Source of the DNA: an uncultured Acidobacteriota bacterium
GTDB lineage: Bacteria > Acidobacteriota > UBA6911
DNA: 64,000 nucleotides
Direction of reading: 5' to 3'
Assembly: GCA_963809485.1 (NCBI GenBank)
Contig: CAWEJX010000012.1
Coordinates: 261,285-325,284 of the forward strand
How positions within the stretch are numbered: the first letter of the stretch is position 1; each line of letters starts with the position of its first letter. Positions 20,036 through 28,765 of this stretch are shown here, in pieces. Under the pieces are notes generated by a model. That model did not search any database, was not told the origin of the DNA, and saw only the letters and a list, made by a program, of their open reading frames with translations. Both the position numbers and the translations under genes were made by a program.

Positions 20036-22207
20036 CTATTTGGCGAACATATAGGTGAATTTGGCGGTGATGGAGCGGTCGAGCATTTCCCCTGTCAACT
20101 GGTCGCGCTGCTCGTTGTAGACGAGATAGAAGTCGCTCAAGGGACGATGAATGATGTTGAAGCGCACATTGGAGCTCCATTGGCGCAAATCGCTGTTGTA
20201 TTGGACCAGAGCCTTCAGGAAAACGCTTGTGGAGAACGAATAATTGAAGCGCCCGACAAAGAGGTCGGTGGCAAAATGCCCGTTCGGCTGCGGGAGTGAA
20301 ATGATGTTGCGGGTGTAATCCATCGAGGCATTCATTTTATAGTTCACACGAAAGCCGGCGCCGGCCATGTAGGAATGTTTGTATCCGCCGTAAAAATCAC
20401 CGACATCAAAGCGGCCGGCGCCGTAAATCCGGCGCGATTCGTCTGAATTGCCGCGGATGAAGTAGCTTCGGAACTCATAGGTCCCGACCGGCACCTGAAT
20501 GCCTTCCGCGTTTGAAATCGTAAAAGGCTCGCGGACATACTCAAACGTCGAGTTGGTCCCGGTCTCAGCCTGGGAACCGTTCTGGAAGTCTACAGTGAAG
20601 TGATACCCGAGTTCCCGTGTTTCCGTGCTGCCGTCGAATCCCTTTACATATGTAAGAGGCGAATGCGGCCTGAGGCTGCGAATCCATTTGCGAAGCCCTT
20701 CCGGACGCCAGTCGTAGGCCAGATAGCTCCACAGTTTGCGAATTCCCGTGCGCGGAACGAAGCCCATTTCATTGGTGAAATTTTCCTGAATATCGGTATA
20801 GGTCACATCGGCAGTATAGGTGCCGTCGCGGTAATTGAAACCCAGGTTTGAGGCCCAGTTTTTTGTGTCCTTGCCTTCATCAGGGCTGAAGGATTTGGCC
20901 GCGTAACCGTTAAAACTGACGGCCTGGCCGAAACGGAAGTTGGCGTCTGCACCGAACACGCGGTTGTAGTGGGGACCTTCGACTTCCTTGTTCGTCATCA
21001 TGACGCCGATGTCGGAGTTCGCCAGTATGTTCCTGCGCAAACGGGCGACGGTGAAATTGGTGGCACGATTGTCCTCAAATTCCCTTTGCTGCATGTTGAG
21101 AGCCCCGAGTTCCCAGTTGGCGGCCCGGCCCGTGATCCGGGTGCCCCCAAAAATCGGGATAGGCTGGCCGTCGTCCGAGAGGCCGATCCTGCGGCTGAAG
21201 AAAAAGATCATGTCGCTGGACATGGCCATCGAGCTTCCTGTGCCGAACTGGAAAATGCCTGAATTCTCGAGGAAGAAATCCCTTTTCTCGGGAAAGAAGA
21301 GGCTGAAACGCGTAAGGTTGATCTGCTGCTCATCGGCTTCCACCTGCGAAAAATCGGTGTTATAGGTGAAATCCCAGGTGAAGCCGGTGGTTACTCCATA
21401 TTTTACATCGAACCCAAAATCGGCATCTCCTTCGGTATTTCCGCCTCCGTGCTTGAGCAGGCTGCCCAAAACATAAGGCTTGACCTTAAGATTCGCCCCC
21501 GGCTTGATTTCCTCCAGGTTTTCGAGCGTTCCGGCGAGTGAGACTCTTTGAATGCTGTAGATGCGCGGCAGAGGGGACCAGTGGCCGTCTTCATTGCGAT
21601 TGTTGCTGCGCAGTTTTCGGTGAAAATTCAGCCCCCAGGTCTGGATGGCCGCGTCCTTGAATTTCAGGGTCTTGAAGGGAATCGCCATTTCTGCAATCCA
21701 GCCATCGATCTGGCGCGAGGTTTTTACATACCAGACGCCGTCCCAGTCGTCGTCGACGGCGCGTCCTTCGTTGATCATCTGCGCGTCATATTTGGCTCCT
21801 GCCGCGTTGGTTGAAAACAGGTAGCCGTTGCGCTCATCGTGGAAAGTGTCCAGAACAACATCCACGGTATCCGCAGATGCCGTGTTGAAATCCTTATCCA
21901 GTTCGTTGATGACAAGCCCCTCCATTCGGCTCTCGTGCATGAAGAATCCGAAATAGATATTCTCCTCGTCGTAGAGCACGCGCACTTCCGTTTCTTCGGT
22001 AGCAGGCTCGCCCGGCGCAGGCTCGTTTTGAATGAAGTGGGTCGCTACCGGGGCGCTGCTCCAGGCTTTTTCGTCGAGTTTGCCATCGATGGCAATTTTT
22101 CCGTCAATCTTGACCGATTCCAGCCTGCGCTCCTGATGCGCATTTTCGTAGTCAATTTCTCTTGCATTCGCGGTTGCCAGGAAAAACAGGATAGCCATAA
22201 GCACCAT
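20036..22207 (-). CDS. CBM9-like / DUF5916 outer-membrane protein
   Basis: IDGKLDE..W, TEVRVLYD, NTDFSQVEAD, RFSLFFPEKRDFFLEN. Confidence 0.85.
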   Translation of the reverse strand: MVLMAILFFLATANAREIDYENAHQERRLESVKIDGKIAIDGKLDEKAWSSAPVATHFIQNEPAPGEPATEETEVRVLYDEENIYFGFFMHESRMEGLVINELDKDFNTASADTVDVVLDTFHDERNGYLFSTNAAGAKYDAQMINEGRAVDDDWDGVWYVKTSRQIDGWIAEMAIPFKTLKFKDAAIQTWGLNFHRKLRSNNRNEDGHWSPLPRIYSIQRVSLAGTLENLEEIKPGANLKVKPYVLGSLLKHGGGNTEGDADFGFDVKYGVTTGFTWDFTYNTDFSQVEADEQQINLTRFSLFFPEKRDFFLENSGIFQFGTGSSMAMSSDMIFFFSRRIGLSDDGQPIPIFGGTRITGRAANWELGALNMQQREFEDNRATNFTVARLRRNILANSDIGVMMTNKEVEGPHYNRVFGADANFRFGQAVSFNGYAAKSFSPDEGKDTKNWASNLGFNYRDGTYTADVTYTDIQENFTNEMGFVPRTGIRKLWSYLAYDWRPEGLRKWIRSLRPHSPLTYVKGFDGSTETRELGYHFTVDFQNGSQAETGTNSTFEYVREPFTISNAEGIQVPVGTYEFRSYFIRGNSDESRRIYGAGRFDVGDFYGGYKHSYMAGAGFRVNYKMNASMDYTRNIISLPQPNGHFATDLFVGRFNYSFSTSVFLKALVQYNSDLRQWSSNVRFNIIHRPLSDFYLVYNEQRDQLTGEMLDRSITAKFTYMFAK

Positions 22208-22370
22208 AAGGAAGTCCCCTGAATCCTTTTATGCAGAACAAATCCGGAATTTTACATGATTGTTTAAATTTGCGCCATCCCGTTAAAGCGGCCTCAATGC
22301 GGGCATAGTATTGCAGGAAGTGATGCGGAGTTCGCGGAGCAAATGATTGACGCGGGCAGCCCGGTTTCCG

Positions 22371-22563
22371 ATGAAACGCTTCTTTTGCCTCAAGAGGTCG
22401 GCCCTTTGCAGTGCGACACCATCGGAAGCGTCTCGTTGGCTCCTGCAAGCCGACCGGTGCCTTTGTGATCAGCGTTCGTCAGTGTTTTGTCAGTGTATGT
22501 CAGCGTTCAATGATCCTGGAACGTTCAAACTCTGTGAGCTCCTCAGCAGAGCCGGCGGTTACC
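22371..22563 (+). mobile_element. Partial copy of the IS200-type element with TCAGCG array
   Basis: TCAGCG/TCAGTG x4 (10/11/10) followed by GATCCTGGAACGTTCAAACTCTGTGAG...GCAGAGCCGGCGGTTACC, matching one end of the complete copies. Confidence 0.6.
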
Positions 22564-22570
22564 CCTTAAT

Positions 22571-24607
22571 TCAGCAGGACTCACGATACCCGAGAACCAT
22601 CATCGTGATGTCATCGTGCTGGGGAGTATTTGCGGAAAATGCCAGCACGGCCTCCTGCAGGCGAGCCAGGATCTCCGGCGCGCCTGCCCGGGCATTGTCC
22701 CGCAGCAGGGATACTACGCGGTCGATGCCGAATTCCTCTCCCGAGACATTGAGCGCTTCGACAACGCCATCCGTGAACAGGACCAGGTGATCGTCGGGCT
22801 GGAGTCTGACGGTAGCAGCCTCGTACTGCACTCCGGGAAAGAGGCCCAGGACCATTCCGCCGACCGTCAGCTCCTTCATCGAGCCGTCCCGGCTCAGAAG
22901 AAAGGGTGGATTGTGACCGGCATTGACATACGTGCAGTTGCCTTCAGGATCCAGAATACCGAAGAAAAAGGTTACGAAGCGATTCCCGGTCCCTCGGCGC
23001 ACCAGAGAGCGGTTGACGCTGCTGATAATGTCAGGAAGCGGAGATTCAAAGAGCGTTTGGCCGGAAAAGATCCCCTGGATCAGGGAAGCCAGGAGAGCCG
23101 CGGGCATTCCCTTGCCGGCAACGTCTCCCACGGCAAAGCCTAATCGCCGGCCTTCGAGTTCGAAGTAGTCAAAGTAATCGCCGCCGATTTGATAGCAGGG
23201 GATGCTTCGGCTGCAGGCGCGGGCATATTCCGTTTGCCGGTTCGGGTCAGGAAGCAGCGACTGCTGGATCTCGTGGGCAAGCACCAGTTGCTCTTCCATC
23301 CTGCGTTTGTCCTGAGAATCCTTATAAAGCTGGGCGTTGTAGATTGCCATCGCGGCCTCGGATGCGAGGGTTTCCAGAGCATCGACCCGCATATTCGACA
23401 TTCCGGCGCCGACATTTGCGCTGTCCACATAAAGGACCCCGATGTTTTCAGCGCGACCGATAGCCGACAGGTTGCTGGATTCATGGACCGTGAGATAACG
23501 CAGTGGAACACAGGAAATGCTGCGCAATCCCAGCTGGCGGGTGAAGTTGTGATTTTCAGCCGCCTCCCCGAAATCCAGGTCTTTGATGACAACCGGGCGG
23601 CCGGTTTTGAACACTTCGTGAGGAACGCGCTGGCTGGTCTGGAAGCAGGATCCGTCCAGAGGACGTTTATGATTGTTGCGCGCGCAGCGGAAACTTAATT
23701 CTCCCCCCGGCTCCCTGAGCATTATAAAGCCGCGCTCGGCCCCGGTCAGCTCGATGGCCGTGTCCACAACCAGGGCAAGAAGGTCGTCCAGCACAGGGAT
23801 GGAGCTGAGGGCGCGGAATGCGGCGAACAGCTTCCCGACATCTTTAAATCCCCGGACCGATAGCCCGATATCGTCGCCCGTAACAGAGCTGGCCAGAAGC
23901 GATTGAAGGAGGTCTCCCGTGTGAAAGGCAAGGCTTATCCCATCGGGTCCGCCGAGCTGAACCCGATCCCCATCCTTCAGCCTGGCCTGTTCCACCCGAA
24001 CACCATTCAGATAGGTCCCGAGCTTGCTGCCAAGATCATGCAGCCCGTACTCCCCATCCTGGACCAGGACTTCGGCGTGAGAGCGCGAAACGCCCATCTG
24101 CCCCAGCACAAGATTGTTGGCCGACCCGCGCCCGATCGTGAACCTGGGAGGCTTAACGGTAGCCCAGCATTCCCTTCCGCCTTCATCAAGGTAAAAGAAG
24201 CGGGCTGCCGACGGGGGATTTGCCTGGATTTCGCGCGACGACATCCTTCTGGCGCTGCGCTGCAAACTGTCATCCAGGGCCTGGCCAGTCAGGGGAAGAA
24301 AAAGGATGTCTGCCGCGCCCGCACGCCAGGCTTCAAGAACAAGGCTCTCCGGCATCCGGTCACACACGAACACAACCGGGACCGAAGGAAAGATTCCCGT
24401 GAGCTCTTGCAGCTGGCGTATTGCGCCGCCATCCGCGGCCGACCGCAGATAGGTCAAATCCACCTTTCGAGACCGCAGCCTCTCCCGGGCCTCGGCAAGG
24501 TCTCCGGCAGCGAACACCTCCTTGCCCGATCGCGAAAAATGCGCCGAGACAAGGCTCTCTTCGGAGCCAGTCAGTCCAATGAACAGAATGGAATAGTTTT
24601 CAGTCAT
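22571..24607 (-). CDS. SpoIIE/RsbU-type PP2C phosphatase with receiver-like, FHA and GAF domains
   Basis: FHA (IGRG...VSRSHA...DLGSKLGTYLNG), GAF (GAERGFIML), PP2C (GGDYFD, GDVAGKG, LFTDGV, DDIT). Confidence 0.92.
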   Translation of the reverse strand: MTENYSILFIGLTGSEESLVSAHFSRSGKEVFAAGDLAEARERLRSRKVDLTYLRSAADGGAIRQLQELTGIFPSVPVVFVCDRMPESLVLEAWRAGAADILFLPLTGQALDDSLQRSARRMSSREIQANPPSAARFFYLDEGGRECWATVKPPRFTIGRGSANNLVLGQMGVSRSHAEVLVQDGEYGLHDLGSKLGTYLNGVRVEQARLKDGDRVQLGGPDGISLAFHTGDLLQSLLASSVTGDDIGLSVRGFKDVGKLFAAFRALSSIPVLDDLLALVVDTAIELTGAERGFIMLREPGGELSFRCARNNHKRPLDGSCFQTSQRVPHEVFKTGRPVVIKDLDFGEAAENHNFTRQLGLRSISCVPLRYLTVHESSNLSAIGRAENIGVLYVDSANVGAGMSNMRVDALETLASEAAMAIYNAQLYKDSQDKRRMEEQLVLAHEIQQSLLPDPNRQTEYARACSRSIPCYQIGGDYFDYFELEGRRLGFAVGDVAGKGMPAALLASLIQGIFSGQTLFESPLPDIISSVNRSLVRRGTGNRFVTFFFGILDPEGNCTYVNAGHNPPFLLSRDGSMKELTVGGMVLGLFPGVQYEAATVRLQPDDHLVLFTDGVVEALNVSGEEFGIDRVVSLLRDNARAGAPEILARLQEAVLAFSANTPQHDDITMMVLGYRESC

Positions 24608-24778
24608 GAGTGAACACCCGGATAAACAGACCCAAGAAACCTGGCGTGGCTCCCCGGCCACAACATAAGAATCCCTGCAACAAAAGCCGCTGCCGAATCG
24701 GAAATCCGGGATGCCGCAAATGGGCGGGTCCGGACTGTGACAGGCCGCCTCCCGGGATCCGCAAAAGCCGGCGGCGCG

Positions 24779-25204
24779 TCAGAAGCCCGGCTTGGCCTTG
24801 AGCACGCCCAGCTGTATCAGGATTCCGGTGAAATCGTAGACCCGTGTTTCGTGCGCAATCCTGCCATTCTCAAAGGAAAACAGGAAGGCGCAGCGCATTT
24901 CGAACCGCTTCCCGGTAGGGGCGAGGCCGCAGAAATCGCCTTTCTGGGCCCCGGCCATCTTGATGAACTGCGCCGCCCTATCCCCGTCGATCAGCAGATG
25001 CTCGGCGACATACTCCGCGTCGGGAAAAGACGAAAACCATTGGGCGTAGACGTTTTGAATGGCGCCGCGATCCTTGACCTTTCCCCACAACGGACTGTCC
25101 ACTTCCCCATCCTCGGCGTGATCCGCCGCAAGCGCGGCGACGTCGTGGCGCTGCCATGCCGCGTCTCTCCTGGCAAAAAATTCCACGATTTCCTGGCGAG
25201 TCAT
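24779..25204 (-). CDS. SnoaL-like ester cyclase / NTF2-fold protein
   Basis: 141 aa; WFSSFPD, GDFCGLAPTGKRF; RBS GGAGG. Confidence 0.85.
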   Translation of the reverse strand: MTRQEIVEFFARRDAAWQRHDVAALAADHAEDGEVDSPLWGKVKDRGAIQNVYAQWFSSFPDAEYVAEHLLIDGDRAAQFIKMAGAQKGDFCGLAPTGKRFEMRCAFLFSFENGRIAHETRVYDFTGILIQLGVLKAKPGF

Positions 25205-25543
25205 GATCCGATCCCTCCTTGCGCGCAATAAATGCCGCAAATCACAGGGCTGATCTCTGCCCTGCGGTTTGAACCGCATTTCTCCGTGACCAGCCTTCAT
25301 CGAATCCTGGTTCCGGCGTCCGTTGATGAATCTGGTTCGAAGATGGATTTCCAGCCGAATGAATTCCGACCTGACCGGATGGACCCGCGACCTGTATGCA
25401 GCCCAGCTCCCTGCCGATCATGAGGAACAGCGCCTCCACGTCGACCGCTGGTGCAATGCTCTGAAACGCATTTTTTGATACTAATTGATATTGTAATGGA
25501 ATCATGGGATTAATGACAGTCCAGAATGGAAGGCCGCCAGGGA

Positions 25544-25637
25544 AACGCTGACCTGCGCTGACAAAAGCGCTGATATACGCTGAACAACCTATATTTTTTC
25601 AGCGTGCGTCCGCGTCTGTTCAGCGTAGCTCAGCGTT
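25544..25637. repeat. Inverted pair of four-box arrays
   Basis: CGCTGA x4 (10/12/10), AT-rich spacer, then TCAGCG/TCCGCG x4 (10/11/10); no IS ends. Confidence 0.8.
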
Positions 25638-25784
25638 ATTGATTCGGCAGAATTTTGATGAGATCGAGGGCAGGCGCGCTACAATAATTTACGGGGCGGA
25701 TTTCGGCGCCGTCGGTTTGAGACGCCTGGATTTGCAGCTGCCTCTTCATCGCATTTCTGACCATCGGTTTCAAGGAGGTTCAAG

Positions 25785-27290
25785 ATGGCACACAGGAAGT
25801 TTTACTGTCCCGGGGCACTCCTCCTGGCGGCAGTTTTGGCTCTTTTCTGCTCTTCCGCTTCCTCCCAGACGTTCGAGGCCGTCAGGAAGCAGGTCCAAAC
25901 CCAACTGCTTCCCAACGGGATGAAATTCATCGTCCTCGAGCGTCACGGCGCGCCGGTGGCTTCCTTCCATGTCTATGCCGACGTCGGCAGCGCCAACGAA
26001 TCGTACGGCATCACGGGCATCTCCCACATTCTCGAGCACATGGCTTTCAAGGGCAGCAAGGCGGTCGGCACCAAAGATTACGCCGCGGAATCGAAAATTC
26101 TCGAGCAAATCGATTCTGTGTACGCATCTCTTCGCAACGAGGAAAGCAAGCCCGAACCCGATCCGGCAAAGGTTGCGGAACTCAGGAAGCAGTTTGCCGG
26201 CCTCGAGAAACAGGCCAAGGAGTATGTCGTCAACAACGAATACTTCGACCTGATGATGCGGGAGGGAGATAACGGAATTAACGCTTACACTTCCAGCGAT
26301 GCCACGCAATACATCAACAGCCTGCCCTCGAACCGGCTCGAATTCTGGATGGCCATGACTTCGGACCGGTTCCTGAACCCTGTGTTCCGTGAATTTTATA
26401 AGGAACGCGACGTGATCATGGAGGAGCGCAGGATGGGGCTCGAGACCCAGCCCACCGGCAAGCTGGTCGAGGATTTTCTGGCCGTGGCTTTCAAAGCCCA
26501 CCCGTACCACCACGAGGTAATCGGGCACATGTCGGACCTGCAGTCGATCATGCGCAGGGATGTCGAGACCTATTTCGCCAGATTTTACGGTCCCAGCAAC
26601 CTGACGGTCGCCATAGTCGGCGACGTCCGAGCGGATGAGGTTTTCAGGCTTGCGGAAACCTACTTCTCCAGGATTCCAGGCAGCCCAAAACCTGAGCCGG
26701 TCCGCACGCAGGAACCCGAGCAGTGGGGCGAAAGGCGCGTCGCGGTCTCGGCCAAAGCGCAGCCTTATCTGGCCATGGGTTACCACGTGCCCGATGCCCG
26801 GCACAAGGACAGCCGCGCTCTGGAGGGATTAGCCAACATCCTCGGCCAGGGACGGTCCTCGAGGCTTTTTTCATCACTGGTCAAAGATAAGAAAATCGCC
26901 ATTTCCGCTTCAGCCTCCAGCGGTTTCCCGGGTGACAAATACCCGAACCTTTTTGTCCTTTTCGCTGTGGCAGCCGCCGGCAAAACATCGGCCGAATGCC
27001 AGTCCGCCATCGAGGATGAGATCGAGAGGATCAAAAAAGAGCCCGTGAGCCCGGATGAGCTGACAAAATTCCAGAGGCGCTCCATCAAGAATCTCCTGGA
27101 CCAGATGGCCAACAACGCGAGCATGGCCGCACTCCTGACCTACTCCGATGTGGTTCTGGGCAGCTACGGGAAGCTTTTTGACCAGATCGATCAAATCAAG
27201 GCGCTGACGGCGGACGATCTCAAGCGGGTCGCAAACCAGTATCTCGTCAAAAACAACCGGACAATCGGCGAAATCATTCCTGAGGAATAA
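25785..27290 (+). CDS. M16 zinc protease, catalytic subunit
   Basis: GISHILEHMAFKG (HXXEH), NAYTS, signal peptide. Confidence 0.92.
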   Translation: MAHRKFYCPGALLLAAVLALFCSSASSQTFEAVRKQVQTQLLPNGMKFIVLERHGAPVASFHVYADVGSANESYGITGISHILEHMAFKGSKAVGTKDYAAESKILEQIDSVYASLRNEESKPEPDPAKVAELRKQFAGLEKQAKEYVVNNEYFDLMMREGDNGINAYTSSDATQYINSLPSNRLEFWMAMTSDRFLNPVFREFYKERDVIMEERRMGLETQPTGKLVEDFLAVAFKAHPYHHEVIGHMSDLQSIMRRDVETYFARFYGPSNLTVAIVGDVRADEVFRLAETYFSRIPGSPKPEPVRTQEPEQWGERRVAVSAKAQPYLAMGYHVPDARHKDSRALEGLANILGQGRSSRLFSSLVKDKKIAISASASSGFPGDKYPNLFVLFAVAAAGKTSAECQSAIEDEIERIKKEPVSPDELTKFQRRSIKNLLDQMANNASMAALLTYSDVVLGSYGKLFDQIDQIKALTADDLKRVANQYLVKNNRTIGEIIPEE

Positions 27291-27309
27291 CAGGGGAAAG
27301 GAAACAATA

Positions 27310-28743
27310 ATGAAAACGCATAAAGTTGCCAAAGCGGCTTTCGTGGGAATTTTAATCCTGGCCCTGGCCGCCGGGACGGCCTATGCCCAAAAAAGCCCAA
27401 AGGACAAATTCACCTACGGTCCCCTGAATCCGATTGTGATGCCTGAGGTGGAAAAGGCTGAACTGCCCAACGGGTTGAAGCTGTTTCTGGTCGAAGACCA
27501 CGAGTTCCCCACCATCAATCTCTGGATCCTGGTCAGGGCCGGCTCCGCATTCGAGCCGTCCTCAAAGGTGGGTTTAGCCTCAATTACCGGATCCGTCCTT
27601 CGCACGGGAGGCTCCAGGAGTAAAAGCGGCGACCAGATCGACAAGGAACTGGACACGCTGGCCGCATCCATATCTTCCGGTATTTCCACCAACCTGGCCT
27701 ACCTGTCGGTGTCCGCCCTACAGGAAAGCTTCGATCCGGCTCTCGCGATTCTTTCGGATATCGTGAGAGAGCCTGTTTTTGCCGAAGATAAAATCGAGCT
27801 TGCCAAAATACAGCAGCGCACCTCCATCTCGCGGCGCAACGAAGGCATCTCCGGAATCACGTCCCGCGAATTTGCCAAGCTTATTTACGGCAAAGACAAT
27901 CCCTATGCGCGGCACACCGAGTATCGGTCCATCGACGCCATCACGCGGCAGGACATCATCGATTTCTATAGCCGGTTTTTCCATCCCAACAATGCCTGGG
28001 TGGCGGTCTGCGGGGATTTCAAAAGTAAAGAGATGGTGGAGAAAATCGCCGCGGCGCTCGGCAAGTGGGAGCGAGGCACTCCTTCCGCCGATCCGTGGCC
28101 CAAAGTGGACTACCAGGAGAAATACACGGTCAACTTCATCGATAAACCCGATGTCAACCAGTCCAGCATCATGCTGGGCCACATCGGAGGCCTGATGAGC
28201 AGCCCCGATTACCCGGCGCTCACCATCATGAACCAGATCCTGTCGTTTGAACGCATGTTCAAGCGAATCCGGACGGATGAAGGGCTGGCGTACAGTGTCT
28301 GGGGCTCTTATGGCGCCGGCTACGTCTATCCCGGGGTGTTCAGCTGCGGCGCTCAGACCAAGTCGCAGTCGACCGTTTACGCCATCGAAATCATGCTGAA
28401 GGAACTGAAGCGGATCATGGAGCAGGAGGTCGGCGACGACGAGCTGGCCAGGGCCAAGGACGGATATCTGAATTCCTATGTGTTCAATTTCGAGACGAAG
28501 TCCCAGGTCGTGGACCGCATGGTATCGTATGCTTACTACGGCTATCCGATCGATTTCATGGAACAGATCAAGTCGAAAGTCGAAAAAGTCACCAAAGCGG
28601 ATGTCCTGCGCGTGGCACGGACGTATCTGAAGCCCGAGAAGGTCCAGGTACTGGTAGTGGGCAAAAAGGAGGATTTCGACAAGCCCCTGTCGACGCTGGG
28701 AGATGTGAATGTCATCGACATCACAATCCCGCCCCGGCAATAG
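27310..28743 (+). CDS. M16 protease-like partner subunit
   Basis: LPNGLK..., IRTDEGLAYSV; lacks HXXEH; tandem with the catalytic gene. Confidence 0.88.
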   Translation: MKTHKVAKAAFVGILILALAAGTAYAQKSPKDKFTYGPLNPIVMPEVEKAELPNGLKLFLVEDHEFPTINLWILVRAGSAFEPSSKVGLASITGSVLRTGGSRSKSGDQIDKELDTLAASISSGISTNLAYLSVSALQESFDPALAILSDIVREPVFAEDKIELAKIQQRTSISRRNEGISGITSREFAKLIYGKDNPYARHTEYRSIDAITRQDIIDFYSRFFHPNNAWVAVCGDFKSKEMVEKIAAALGKWERGTPSADPWPKVDYQEKYTVNFIDKPDVNQSSIMLGHIGGLMSSPDYPALTIMNQILSFERMFKRIRTDEGLAYSVWGSYGAGYVYPGVFSCGAQTKSQSTVYAIEIMLKELKRIMEQEVGDDELARAKDGYLNSYVFNFETKSQVVDRMVSYAYYGYPIDFMEQIKSKVEKVTKADVLRVARTYLKPEKVQVLVVGKKEDFDKPLSTLGDVNVIDITIPPRQ

Positions 28744-28765
28744 CACGCACGGGGACGGTTACCGT

